Below, in pieces: positions 54,051 to 62,987 of a DNA stretch of 64,000 nt. Below the pieces are notes generated by a model. The model saw nothing but the letters and a program-made list of their open reading frames with translations, did not search any database and had not been told where the DNA came from. Position numbers and translations under genes: made by a program. This stretch comes from Candidatus Methylacidiphilales bacterium (GTDB lineage: Bacteria > Verrucomicrobiota > Verrucomicrobiia > Methylacidiphilales > Verrucolacustridaceae), in contig JBBAWB010000005.1 of the NCBI GenBank assembly GCA_040397385.1, positions 78,680-142,679 on the forward strand. The letters are read 5' to 3'. The first letter of the stretch is position 1, and each line of letters opens with the position of its first letter.

Positions 54051-54308
54051 CTACTTGGTGTTGACGTTCGTCACCGGAATCCCTTGCCGCTTGAAAGAAT
54101 TCGCTTCCACTGAATTGATGTCCTCCTGACTGACCAAGCCAAGTTTTTCACCCCCAACAGAAACGATATCAACCTTGGTCGGTCCATCTGCGTGAGCCGA
54201 GTTGGAAGCCCATGGGGTAAAGGCATGCCACCAAAGGCCAGCCGCCACCAAGGCTAGGAGAAGTTTCGTTATCGGGTCCGTCCGTAGGGTCAGAGTTTTA
54301 TGTTTCAT
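54051..54308 (-). CDS. small secreted/membrane-anchored protein
   Basis: 85 aa with the hydrophobic N-terminal segment 'LLLALVAAGLWWHAF'. No family is recognised. Confidence 0.45.
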   Translation of the reverse strand: MKHKTLTLRTDPITKLLLALVAAGLWWHAFTPWASNSAHADGPTKVDIVSVGGEKLGLVSQEDINSVEANSFKRQGIPVTNVNTK

Positions 54309-54373
54309 TCCTCTGGCATAAACCCTTTCCGCCTAAAATCACGACTCGATTCTTCGCAATAACTGGATACTCT

Positions 54374-54799
54374 ATGGGTATGAGCCATATCTCCCTTCTT
54401 GCCTTAACTCTCGCCCTTTTCACCCACCCCCTCCTCGCCCAAGATACCAACCCCCCAGCGGGTCGGTTGCCCGCCACCGCCCCCGCCCCCGTCACCACAA
54501 CCAATCCACCCGTCACCAAATCCAACGAAGAGATTGTCCTGAATCAAGGAATCAAGATTTGGAAGAAAGGCACTCCGACCAACGGGTTTACTACGATTGG
54601 CTATGAAACTCTTATGCGTCAGCGCGGATTTCAGAACGCCGCCAATAATATCGCTCGCGGGGTCCTCGCTCGCAAAGGCAACGCCGCCATTGTCTCCTCC
54701 ATCATCAATTCCCAACGGCTGAACTTCGACATGAACACCCAAGACGAACGCCTCGATGGCATCGATGTCCGCTACCAGATCATTTATATCAAGCCGTAA
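54374..54799 (+). CDS. secreted hypothetical protein
   Basis: 141 aa. Signal peptide 'ISLLALTLALFTHPLLAQ', a Pro/Thr-rich linker, then a globular domain. Confidence 0.6.
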   Translation: MGMSHISLLALTLALFTHPLLAQDTNPPAGRLPATAPAPVTTTNPPVTKSNEEIVLNQGIKIWKKGTPTNGFTTIGYETLMRQRGFQNAANNIARGVLARKGNAAIVSSIINSQRLNFDMNTQDERLDGIDVRYQIIYIKP

Positions 54800-55259
54800 C
54801 TCACGGCAGGCCTCCGTCGGTCTCCTGCTTCTTTTGCTCATGGCACCCTTTCTTTGCCTAGCTCAGGTTGTCCCCGTCCAAGCCAACCTCGACGCTCAAG
54901 CCCAACGCAGAATTCAGGAACAGTCCGAACGGGTTCGCCGCCAAAGGCAGATCGATGCCAATCTCGAGAAGATCGCTACCGCCCTTTCCTCAAAAAATCT
55001 CACCAGCCCAGAGGGTCCCGTCTTCACCCGGCGCGCCCTCGCCGCACTTTTTGATCTCCAGTCCGAGGGATGGAGTCCCGAGAAGAGCCTCCGAGAAGCT
55101 ACCCGCCTTCCATCGACCGCTGAGACCCCAAAAGCCACTTCAATCGCTTACCTCACGAAATGTTGGCAAGAGTTCTCCCCAAGCATCACGCCTATCGTCG
55201 CCACCACTTTACGCGCAGGATTGTCCCCAGCTTTTTCCATTCCACCCTACGTCCCATGA
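54765..55259 (+). CDS. secreted hypothetical protein (shares a motif with 62415-62834)
   Basis: The signal-like 'VGLLLLLLMAPFLCLAQ' requires a start at 54756/54765, overlapping the previous gene by about 35 nt. Its stop overlaps the kdkA ATG (ATGA). Confidence 0.55.
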   Translation: MSATRSFISSRNSRQASVGLLLLLLMAPFLCLAQVVPVQANLDAQAQRRIQEQSERVRRQRQIDANLEKIATALSSKNLTSPEGPVFTRRALAALFDLQSEGWSPEKSLREATRLPSTAETPKATSIAYLTKCWQEFSPSITPIVATTLRAGLSPAFSIPPYVP

Positions 55260-56026
55260 AAACATTTTCTCCTCCCTCTGGGTTTGTCCTTGTCCAGCTA
55301 CTCACCGGCCCCGCCTGGCTCCGCCCGAAATCCAAAGAGGCAATTCTGCACCTTTTGGAGAAACTCAATCCAAAGCTCCCGCTACGGATTGTCGCCTCCC
55401 GTCATCCCCAACGCCGCCTCTACCCAGGGCGCGCTCCCGTCACCGCCCTGCCTTGCTCAGGTCTAGGGGAAATTATCGTTCGACCCTGTCTCCATGGCGG
55501 GTTCTGGGGGAAATTAGCCCAAGATCTTTACTGCGGATCCCAACGAGCTCGCCGCGAAATCAATCTCGCCCAGAAACTCCACCAAGAAAAAGTTCCTACC
55601 CCATACATCTTGGCTGCCTTCTTTTACCCCGCAGGTCCCTTCTACCGAATCGATGTGGTGACCTCGTTTGTTCCCGATAGTCGCGACCTTGCCTCTTTCC
55701 TTGCTACACGGCCTAGCCCTCTCCAGCGCCGCCGGGCCTTCGTCGCCGTTCGCAAACTTCTCCACCATTGCACTCAACACGGCATCCACCACCCCGATCT
55801 CAACGCCCGCAACATTCTAATTTCAGGCCTCAGTACTCAACCTATTTCCGCCTGGCTCCTCGATGTCGATGCCATCCAGCAGGAGTTAGACCCTGCCTCA
55901 AACCTAGCTGCTGCCAACCGAAACCGCCTCCTCCGCTCCCTCCTCAAGAGAGCTCGCCTGGGTGACCTCGGCTATTCTGAAAAAGAGATTCCCAAACTCT
56001 GGCGAGAAATCTTTCCTACCAAGTGA
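55256..56026 (+). CDS. kdkA: 3-deoxy-D-manno-octulosonic acid (Kdo) kinase family / LPS kinase
   Basis: I trimmed it to 'MKTFSPPSG'. The catalytic loop 'HHPDLNARNILI' and 'LLDVD' match the Kdo/WaaP kinase family. Confidence 0.78.
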   Translation: MKTFSPPSGFVLVQLLTGPAWLRPKSKEAILHLLEKLNPKLPLRIVASRHPQRRLYPGRAPVTALPCSGLGEIIVRPCLHGGFWGKLAQDLYCGSQRARREINLAQKLHQEKVPTPYILAAFFYPAGPFYRIDVVTSFVPDSRDLASFLATRPSPLQRRRAFVAVRKLLHHCTQHGIHHPDLNARNILISGLSTQPISAWLLDVDAIQQELDPASNLAAANRNRLLRSLLKRARLGDLGYSEKEIPKLWREIFPTK

Positions 56027-57057
56027 ATCTTCCTGCCTCACCTCGGATTTGCATCGTCTTGCTCAGTGCGGTCGGCGATGTCGTTCATGCCCTGCCCTTG
56101 GTCTGCGCCATCAAACGCCATCGCCCCAAAGCCCATATCACCTGGCTCCTCCAAGAGGCGGGCGCCTCCTTGATCCAAGGTCACTCTGCGGTGGATGAGA
56201 TTCTTATCTTCCAACGCAAAGCGGGGCTGGCTGGATTTATTAAAATGGGAATGGAACTTTCCCAACGTCCCTTTGATCTTGTGCTCGATCTGCAGTGCTA
56301 CTTCAAAGCCACCCTGCTCACCGCTCTTTGCCAGGCTCCGATCAAGATCGGTTTCGATCGAGCCCGAGCCCGCGAGTTCAACTGGCTCGCCACCAATACA
56401 AAAATCACCCCCCGCCCTCTCGGCCATGTGCAGAACCATTTTCTCGAGTTTCTTGATGTCATCGGCGTCCGCCCTGAACCTATCGAATGGAATCTCGGCC
56501 CCTGGCCCAACGAGTTGGCCTGGCAGAAAGATTTTTTTGAAAATCTGCCCTCTCCTCGCGTCGCCCTTGTCGCAGGCACCAGCAATCCCCGCAAAGACTG
56601 GCTCCCCGATTCGTGGGTCCGCTTGAACGATGCCCTCCACAAACAATTTGGCCTCACCACCATCCTCGTCGGAGCACTCTCCCCGAGAGAGACCGCCCTC
56701 GGACAGAAAATGCAGCGCGAATGCCTTCATCCTCCCACCCCAGCCCTCGGATGCGGCCTGCGCCGGCTGGTCGCCATTCTTGAAGGATGTGATTTGGTCA
56801 TCTCTCCAGATACCGGCCCACTTCACCTTGCCGGGGCAGTCGGTCGACCTGTCATTGGCCTTTATGGATATAACAGCCCTGCACGTGTTGGCCCTTGGCG
56901 ACAAGATTCCCGGCTCCTCATCGACGCCTTTCATAATCCTGGAGAGGAACCGAAAATGACTTTCCAACACCGACAAGGTCGAATGAACCGAATCACCGTA
57001 GAAGATATTCTCGCAAAAGTGGAAATCTGGCAGAAGAAGCAAACTCAGAATCGATAA
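56023..57057 (+). CDS. glycosyltransferase family 9 (LPS heptosyltransferase)
   Basis: 344 aa. The GTG start overlaps the kdkA stop (GTGA). It has 'RICIVLLSAVGDVVHALPL', 'ITWL', and the C-terminal 'ISPDTGPLHLAGAVGRPVIGLYG'. Confidence 0.9.
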   Translation: MNLPASPRICIVLLSAVGDVVHALPLVCAIKRHRPKAHITWLLQEAGASLIQGHSAVDEILIFQRKAGLAGFIKMGMELSQRPFDLVLDLQCYFKATLLTALCQAPIKIGFDRARAREFNWLATNTKITPRPLGHVQNHFLEFLDVIGVRPEPIEWNLGPWPNELAWQKDFFENLPSPRVALVAGTSNPRKDWLPDSWVRLNDALHKQFGLTTILVGALSPRETALGQKMQRECLHPPTPALGCGLRRLVAILEGCDLVISPDTGPLHLAGAVGRPVIGLYGYNSPARVGPWRQDSRLLIDAFHNPGEEPKMTFQHRQGRMNRITVEDILAKVEIWQKKQTQNR

Positions 57058-58274
57058 TAAATTTCCGTCGCCGCAGTCCAAAGGCCCGACGCCTTGGGAT
57101 TCATTAGCTCCGCCCCCCAGGCAAACCTTCCCTCCCCTCGCCAGACTAAACCCTCCGTGATCTTCACCCCCAAGGTTAGGGTGTAGTCGTAGTAGTCTCC
57201 ACCACTCAGACGAGAACTTCCCGTGAACGCATTATTGTTGGTATGCACGTACTCCACCCTTCCATTGAGCGTGACTGGATCAGACAAACTCCACATGGAA
57301 TAAAGTGCTCCCGTCACAAAAGTCGTTGGCGATTCTTGAATGTTTTCCGAGGGATCCCCTGTCCCCGATCCGCCCGTGGTGTTAAAAGCCAACTTCCACT
57401 TGTCGTTTGCCAAAAGGGGAGACCACTCTCCGAGAAGGTTCCAGTTATAGTACAGATTTTGGTCGATACTAATACGAGCGTTCGATCCGTGAGATCCAGA
57501 CGGCGTGGCGTAAAATCCAGGCTGAACGAAAGCATTTTTGTTCGGACTACTAATCCTTGCATAAGACATCAACGCATACTCGTCTCCATTCCCGCTAGCA
57601 CCCAGGTCATTCGACTGGCCCGAACATCCGCCTACCCCCACCCCAATATCAAAAAGGTCATCAGGAGAAAAAATGGCCAGCACTCCAGTATTATCTTGGG
57701 GCATGAAAACATCCGCAATTCCAAAAGTGATACAGGGATTGTCCGGACGCCAAATGGTTTCATAACCAATCACCGATTGAAACTTACCTACCCACATTTC
57801 CATCTGTACCTCAGGGACCCAAATTTTCGCCATCGCCTCCCCCACATAAATGGTACTACTGTCTGGACCTGATGGGCTTGTGTTGGTATCCGCCGAAGCG
57901 TAGTACGTTGCATCCTCCCCGATCATCACCCCACAGACAAAACCCGCCTCAGGCGAATTCCCACGAGCCAACTCTTTCTCGAGGCGAACCCAAAACGCGC
58001 TTAGATTAAAATCCCCCCGGGGGGCGTTATCTGCCGGAAAGTTAAGTGGGTTGGTCGAGTCCCCAGGGCCAAAGTTATACAGGTAGGTGGCATCGACATA
58101 CCCTGTCAGTTTCAGGCTTGCTTCGTTGGCTGGTTGCTCAGCGGCTTCCTCCTCCATCCGATCCCGCTCAGGTGCAACTTCCGACTCCCGCTCAGGAACT
58201 TGTGCACAACCACAGCTCCCCAAAGCGGCGAATATCAAAACCACCAAAAGGCAAAGCTGGACGCCGAGGCCCAT
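57045..58274 (-). CDS. outer-membrane beta-barrel protein (OmpL/porin-like)
   Basis: The start is at 58274 ('MGLGVQLCLLVVLIFAALGSCGC') or 58304. It shows an alternating beta-strand pattern throughout and a C-terminal 'EIYYRF' aromatic terminus typical of OMPs. Confidence 0.7.
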   Translation of the reverse strand: MGLGVQLCLLVVLIFAALGSCGCAQVPERESEVAPERDRMEEEAAEQPANEASLKLTGYVDATYLYNFGPGDSTNPLNFPADNAPRGDFNLSAFWVRLEKELARGNSPEAGFVCGVMIGEDATYYASADTNTSPSGPDSSTIYVGEAMAKIWVPEVQMEMWVGKFQSVIGYETIWRPDNPCITFGIADVFMPQDNTGVLAIFSPDDLFDIGVGVGGCSGQSNDLGASGNGDEYALMSYARISSPNKNAFVQPGFYATPSGSHGSNARISIDQNLYYNWNLLGEWSPLLANDKWKLAFNTTGGSGTGDPSENIQESPTTFVTGALYSMWSLSDPVTLNGRVEYVHTNNNAFTGSSRLSGGDYYDYTLTLGVKITEGLVWRGEGRFAWGAELMNPKASGLWTAATEIYYRF

Positions 58275-58292
58275 TCTTTTTACTTTAAATGC

Positions 58293-58598
58293 GTGAAGAC
58301 TCATCTCTTTTTTTTATCTCTTCTCCTATCTTGCGTCACGCTTCATGCGGGTCCTGCCACCGAAAAAGTCGCTTTTGAATCCGACACCCGCTGCATGACC
58401 AAAGAGGAGGTCAAGGAGTACATGGGTCGCGGACCTGACGTCAGCATCACCCCTCATCTCTGGCGGTACTCAGGAAATTGGACTAGTACCAAGTTTGGCG
58501 AAGGGATGGACAGCTACAACACAGTCGATATCTCTTTTGGAATGCTCACCGATTCACATAAGTATGGTGTAATGGAGTATACTTGGAGCACTCAGTAA
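58293..58598 (+). CDS. small secreted protein
   Basis: The GTG at 58293 gives 'VKTHLFFLSLLLSCVTLHAGP...' (101 aa) with a signal peptide. The longer track ORF (58134) would run through the porin promoter/start. Confidence 0.45.
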   Translation: MKTHLFFLSLLLSCVTLHAGPATEKVAFESDTRCMTKEEVKEYMGRGPDVSITPHLWRYSGNWTSTKFGEGMDSYNTVDISFGMLTDSHKYGVMEYTWSTQ

Positions 58599-58735
58599 TT
58601 TTTGTCTCCCCGTTTTCTACACATGGCTTTTAAAAAATCTCGCTCCTCTTGCCTGCGCGAGGGCCGTCAATCACCAGCTGCAACTATAAATAATTTATCC
58701 CGCCAAAGCACGCAAACCCAACCCTGCTGAGTTTC

Positions 58736-59629
58736 TCAAACCTTGGCTAACTGCTTCCGAGCTGCCCGTAAAGCAGCTCTTTCGTTTTTCGGTAGGGTCG
58801 GGGTGCGCAACCCCAAATCTTGGATAGCCTTAACCACAAATTCTGCCACCAGCACGTGCGCCACATGCTTATCATCCGCAGGGATCACGTGCCAAGGGGC
58901 GTGCTTAGTACTCGTCTCCGTCAAGGCATCCTCAAATGCTCTTTGGTACTGCTTCCAGTAAGCACGCTCCGCCATATCCGCCGAGGAATACTTCCAGTTT
59001 TTGGCTGGATCGGTTAATCGCTCCAGAAATCTCTTTTTCTGCTCTTTCTTGGAAAGATGAAGAAAGAACTTAAGAATAAGCGTCCCATTCCGATAAAGAT
59101 GTTTCTCGAAGTTGTTAATGTCCTCATACCGATTCGCCCAAAACTTTTTTCCTGGTTTCTCAGGCAGACGCGCATCCACCCGATCCGGATGAACCTTTGC
59201 CACTAAAACATCCTCATAGTAACTGCGGTTGAAAATGCCGATCCGCCCACGCTCGGGCAGACTTTTCGAACAGCGCCAAAGGAAATTATGCTTCAACTCC
59301 TCTTCGGAAGGCCTCTTAAAGCTAAAAACCTGACACCCCTGAGGGTTGACGCCCGACATCACATGGCGAATCGTCCCATCTTTTCCCCCCGCGTCCATCG
59401 CCTGAAAAATCAAAAGAACAGCGTACGTTCCGTTGGCATAAAGCAGTTCCTGCGCAGAACTCAACTCCCCTCTTCGTTTCCCTAAGATTTCTAGGGCCCT
59501 ATTCTTTAGTGCCTCTTCCCCCAGAGGGGTTCCTGAGAAGCCCGCCACATGATCCGTGGGATACTTTCTCAGCTTAACCCGCCGACCTGGAGTCACCCGC
59601 AGTCGTTTAAGAATTTTAGAAGGAATCAT
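58736..59629 (-). CDS. ppk2: polyphosphate kinase 2 family (polyphosphate:nucleotide phosphotransferase)
   Basis: 297 aa with the Walker A-like 'FQAMDAGGKDGTI', 'FLWRCSKSLPERGRIGIFNRSYYEDVL' and 'DPAKNWK'. Confidence 0.92.
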   Translation of the reverse strand: MIPSKILKRLRVTPGRRVKLRKYPTDHVAGFSGTPLGEEALKNRALEILGKRRGELSSAQELLYANGTYAVLLIFQAMDAGGKDGTIRHVMSGVNPQGCQVFSFKRPSEEELKHNFLWRCSKSLPERGRIGIFNRSYYEDVLVAKVHPDRVDARLPEKPGKKFWANRYEDINNFEKHLYRNGTLILKFFLHLSKKEQKKRFLERLTDPAKNWKYSSADMAERAYWKQYQRAFEDALTETSTKHAPWHVIPADDKHVAHVLVAEFVVKAIQDLGLRTPTLPKNERAALRAARKQLAKV

Positions 59630-59687
59630 AAGGGACCCAGAATCGTAGCATTTCCAAGTTATATTTATCAGCTTTTTTATCGAATCA

Positions 59688-59891
59688 CTATGGCATCAGC
59701 TCTTTGGTTTTCTCTGGTTCGGTAGCACACTTCTTAATGCAAGGGCAGGGCTTGCCGTGCAGAGTGCAGGGACAACGGCAATCGGGGCCCGTTATACAGG
59801 GCTCCACCATGGGAGAAAGATCCTGCGAGCGAAGACTCCACCACAATCCAAAGAACAGCAGCGCCATCAAGCCGCTAAGATTAAATCTCAT
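59688..59891 (-). CDS. small secreted cysteine-rich peptide
   Basis: 67 aa. Signal 'LMALLFFGLWWSL', then 'EPCITGPDCRCPCTLHGKPCPCIKKC' (7 Cys in 26 residues). Its ATG overlaps the upstream stop (ATGA at 59888-59891). Confidence 0.5.
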   Translation of the reverse strand: MRFNLSGLMALLFFGLWWSLRSQDLSPMVEPCITGPDCRCPCTLHGKPCPCIKKCATEPEKTKELMP

Positions 59892-60355
59892 CGGGAGTGG
59901 GCCGTGGCATTCGTCCTAAAGAAGACGATTCGGTTTTTCCCCTTCGCTTCAAAATAGTGAGCTGGAGTCGACTCATGATCCATCGGGTCAGTGTGGTATT
60001 TCACTTCGGTAAAGTCGTCGAAGCCATCCCCATCCGAGTCCATTAACTCCCCTTCTGATTGGGCTGGCCCGAGGACTTGGCCTTGCCGAACCCAATGTCC
60101 ACCCACCCAGTAGGTTTTCTGCTCAACAAAACGTCGATTCAAAGCCACATCCTTGGCTTCGTCAAAAACCCTTTCTCTTCGAGCTGCTGTAGCCTCAGGG
60201 CTTTCGATTCCATCCGATGGAACCACGAAAATAACCTCACTCCGATTGACCTCATCCCAGAAGTCTGCGACAGGATCAGCGGCTTGGACCAGCGGGGTCA
60301 CGAACACGGAAAGGACCGCGAGGCAGAGGTACCCTTGAGGGCAACTACTTAGCAT
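59888..60355 (-). CDS. secreted hypothetical protein with a Ca-binding-like DxDxDG motif
   Basis: 155 aa with the signal 'LCLAVLSVFVTPLVQA'. 'DSDGDGFDDFTE' resembles thrombospondin-type-3/EF-like calcium-binding loops. Confidence 0.6.
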   Translation of the reverse strand: MLSSCPQGYLCLAVLSVFVTPLVQAADPVADFWDEVNRSEVIFVVPSDGIESPEATAARRERVFDEAKDVALNRRFVEQKTYWVGGHWVRQGQVLGPAQSEGELMDSDGDGFDDFTEVKYHTDPMDHESTPAHYFEAKGKNRIVFFRTNATAHSR

Positions 60356-60450
60356 TAACCTATCCTGAGAGGGGGATTTGGCTCACCAAGCTTTAAAAGG
60401 GCTTTCCAAATACCGCCACAACTAACCTCCGCTCCCACAACTCTCAATTC

Positions 60451-61302
60451 CTAGTCCCCCCGCGTCATCTCGTTTCGCTCCTCCCTGAGTTGGCGAGCAC
60501 TTTGCGAAGATAGCTTCTTGGTTTTAGGAATCGGCACCTTGCTTGGTTCCCGAAAAAGAATCTTGGACACACTTATGGGATTTTCGTCGATGGGGAGATG
60601 ACAGACATTAGGCAGTACATGGACGCTCACTTGGGGAAGAATGCCCTTCCAAACCTCCACCGATTTAACCACCGTCGAAAAGCTTTTTTCTCCAACCAGA
60701 ATCTCAACTGGGAGATTGAGCCCTCGAAAGGCGGCGGGTGAACCACACTCATACATCACCTTTAGAAAGCGCCAGGTGGCACGGTGATTCGCTTGGGCAA
60801 AGGTTTCTGTTAGATGAGTATCCTTAGTGCGTTTTCCTTGTAAGCAAAGGTTGAGTAAGGATCGGCCGATCGGATTGGCAAAAGTTACTAGATAAATCCA
60901 CCAACCCAAAGGACCCAGGGCAGGATGGACGAAGATTTCTAGATACCAAGGGCAGTAGGCAAACGGATCAATCATCATCAACCGTCCCACCACATCCCCT
61001 CGCCCCATCTCCCTTAATTCCCGTATGGCGAAAAGCGCCAAAAGCGCCCCGCTACAGTTTCCCGCCAGTGTTAAATGAACATGATCCAAAGCAATCAACT
61101 CCTTGGCCAACTCGCGCCCTAAGCTTTTCATCTCCCACTCTTTCGGCTCGGGGGATTTGCCGCATCCTGGTAAATCAACCGTAAAGAAAGTGCTCTCAGG
61201 ATTTAGGTACGGCAACAAAGGATCGAAGGTTGTGTGATCCCCGCTCCAACCATGGAGACCCACTACTCCATGCCGACCCTTCCCGTGCCGAACAATGTAC
61301 AT
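60451..61302 (-). CDS. alpha/beta hydrolase with a Cys in the nucleophile elbow
   Basis: 283 aa with 'VVGLHGWSGDH' and the nucleophile elbow 'LAGNCSGA' (G-x-C-x-G instead of G-x-S-x-G). Confidence 0.8.
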   Translation of the reverse strand: MYIVRHGKGRHGVVGLHGWSGDHTTFDPLLPYLNPESTFFTVDLPGCGKSPEPKEWEMKSLGRELAKELIALDHVHLTLAGNCSGALLALFAIRELREMGRGDVVGRLMMIDPFAYCPWYLEIFVHPALGPLGWWIYLVTFANPIGRSLLNLCLQGKRTKDTHLTETFAQANHRATWRFLKVMYECGSPAAFRGLNLPVEILVGEKSFSTVVKSVEVWKGILPQVSVHVLPNVCHLPIDENPISVSKILFREPSKVPIPKTKKLSSQSARQLREERNEMTRGD

Positions 61303-61377
61303 AACAGATCCTCGCTAATCCTTGCGGGAGAACAATCCAGACTTCACACCCAGTCCCCAATGCCTTAACTACTCTGT

Positions 61378-61494
61378 ATGTCTAAGATACCCGAAAAAAC
61401 CTCCTGGCTTTTCCCCATCCTCGTCACTCTTGGCATGCTGGCCTTCACCATCGCGGTTTTTGTTCTGAGCGTAGCTAAGTTACGGACTCCGTAA
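61378..61494 (+). CDS. candidate 38-aa single-TM small protein (below the track cutoff)
   Basis: My translation is 'MSKIPEKTSWLFPILVTLGMLAFTIAVFVLSVAKLRTP*'. The C-ending codon usage fits plus-strand genes of this region. Confidence 0.35.
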   Translation: MSKIPEKTSWLFPILVTLGMLAFTIAVFVLSVAKLRTP

Positions 61495-61499
61495 GCAAT

Positions 61500-62093
61500 C
61501 TACTCTGGTTCCAACTTAGCCAGCGCCTTTAAGGATGGCCCATAGTTCTGCTCGCCCGCCTTGCGATACCACTGGATCGCCTGCACCACACTTCTCTGCA
61601 CTCCTTGCCCATTAAAATAACAGTTCCCCAAGCGATGCTGCGCCGCCGCATAGTTCTGATCCGCTGCCTTTCGATACCACCGCACCCCCTCCTCTTCGTT
61701 CTGCGCAAAGCCCCGACCAAAAACATAGGCATCCCCAATGCTGATCTCGGCTGGGGGATAATCTTGTCCTGCCGCTTTCCTCCACCAGGAGATCGCTTCT
61801 GTCAGACTAGGCTCTGTCCCTAGCCCTTCATGCAAGCATCCGCCTAAATTAAATTGAGCCTTCATCTGCCCTTGCTCCGCAGCCTTTCGGTACCAGGCCA
61901 CCCCTTCTCGCTGATCTTTCTTCACTCCCAATCCAAAGAAATAGCAGTCTCCTAGTTGGAATTGTGCATCCTCGTCCCCCTTGTCCGCTTGAGCTTGAAG
62001 TTCTGCACTATACTTCGCAGGCAAATTCGGATCCTCAGCCCATGCAATAAAGGAAGCCAACCCTATCCAAAGAAAAAGAAGGTTTTTCATCAT
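61500..62093 (-). CDS. Sel1-like repeat (SLR/TPR-type) secreted protein
   Basis: I trimmed it to 'MMKNLLFLWIGLASFIAWA'. It has five repeats of the Sel1 pattern, for example 'AQFQLGDCYFFGLGVKKDQREGVAWYRKAAEQG'. Confidence 0.88.
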   Translation of the reverse strand: MMKNLLFLWIGLASFIAWAEDPNLPAKYSAELQAQADKGDEDAQFQLGDCYFFGLGVKKDQREGVAWYRKAAEQGQMKAQFNLGGCLHEGLGTEPSLTEAISWWRKAAGQDYPPAEISIGDAYVFGRGFAQNEEEGVRWYRKAADQNYAAAQHRLGNCYFNGQGVQRSVVQAIQWYRKAGEQNYGPSLKALAKLEPE

Positions 62094-62184
62094 CCTCAAG
62101 CTGGTCACACCTCGAGGGCGGGCAAGACTGTTTTCATTCCGTGACAAAGTTTGACGAAGAGAGATTCCTGATTATGGTTTGTTA

Positions 62185-62367
62185 ATGAAAATATTCTTCT
62201 GTCTTTTCCTTGGTTTGATCTTGCCCCTTTCTCTTCTACGGGCTGAAGACGACAAGGAAGATCAGGACGACCAGAAATCCAGTAGCCTCACAATGAACGC
62301 TCCCCGCCCGACCAACATGGCAAATCCAGAAAAGCCAGGTTGGCTTCCCCAACGGCACGGAAAGTAG
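62185..62367 (+). CDS. small secreted acidic peptide (hypothetical)
   Basis: 'MKIFFCLFLGLILPLSLLRAEDDKEDQDDQK...'. There is a signal peptide but no recognisable family. Confidence 0.35.
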   Translation: MKIFFCLFLGLILPLSLLRAEDDKEDQDDQKSSSLTMNAPRPTNMANPEKPGWLPQRHGK

Positions 62368-62414
62368 CCTCGCCGGCAGCTATCCGTGCGACAGGCGAAG
62401 CTTTCTTTTATCTC

Positions 62415-62834
62415 TTACGGGCGCTTTAAACCGGGGCTAGGCATCTTCCCACTGCGCAGAGCTGCCAGCGTGGCAGACTCCGTCATCCGATCTACATTCA
62501 ACGTCCACATCTCCATCAGCATGGTACTTGCCTTTTCCACCTTCGAACCACTCAAGCTTCCCGAGGTCTTAGCTTGCGCCAGCGCCTGCTCTGGGGTCGT
62601 CCCCGCCTGATTCAGATCAGCCAAAGCCGCCAGCCCCATCCGAAACCGCTCCGTCCGATCTCCCTCCGCATCACGATTAATCGCCGCCGCCACCTTCTTC
62701 AGTAAACCATCCTTGTCCACTGCCGGCACTGCCGCCGAGGGAGCAGCCGCCGCGTCGGGCGTCTGAGCCAGAACTTGAAAAGAAACTATTCCTAAGCAGA
62801 CCCCAATCATTATGCTGAGCTTTGTAATATTCAT
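62415..62834 (-). CDS. secreted hypothetical protein (shares a motif with 54765-55259)
   Basis: I trimmed it to 'MNITKLSIMIGVCLGIVSFQVLAQ'. 'RMGLAALADLNQAGTTPEQALAQA' parallels 'RRALAALFDLQSEGWSPEKSLREA' in the other protein. Confidence 0.6.
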   Translation of the reverse strand: MNITKLSIMIGVCLGIVSFQVLAQTPDAAAAPSAAVPAVDKDGLLKKVAAAINRDAEGDRTERFRMGLAALADLNQAGTTPEQALAQAKTSGSLSGSKVEKASTMLMEMWTLNVDRMTESATLAALRSGKMPSPGLKRP

Positions 62835-62987
62835 GGCTACATGTTGAGATCTAAGCCGCCCCTCGTCGAGTAGGAAACACACCTACTCCTGTGGCATCGC
62901 TGTGGCATTGCCTTTTCATCCGCGCCTTTCCCGCGTAGCCTGAACGTTCCATTGAAACTCATTCACCTCACCCCAAAACTCACCGAA

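Noticed and set aside
54868-55680. A 270-aa plus-strand ORF with a Pro/Ser/Arg-rich translation spans two genes.
   Set aside because: It is a wrong-frame artefact of the C-rich strand. The alternative frames give a signal-peptide protein and a Kdo-kinase-family protein with an ATGA junction.
56038-57081. A 347-aa minus-strand ORF covers the whole heptosyltransferase gene.
   Set aside because: The plus-strand frame carries unmistakable GT9 motifs and the C-ending codon bias of plus genes here. The antisense product has no recognisable features.
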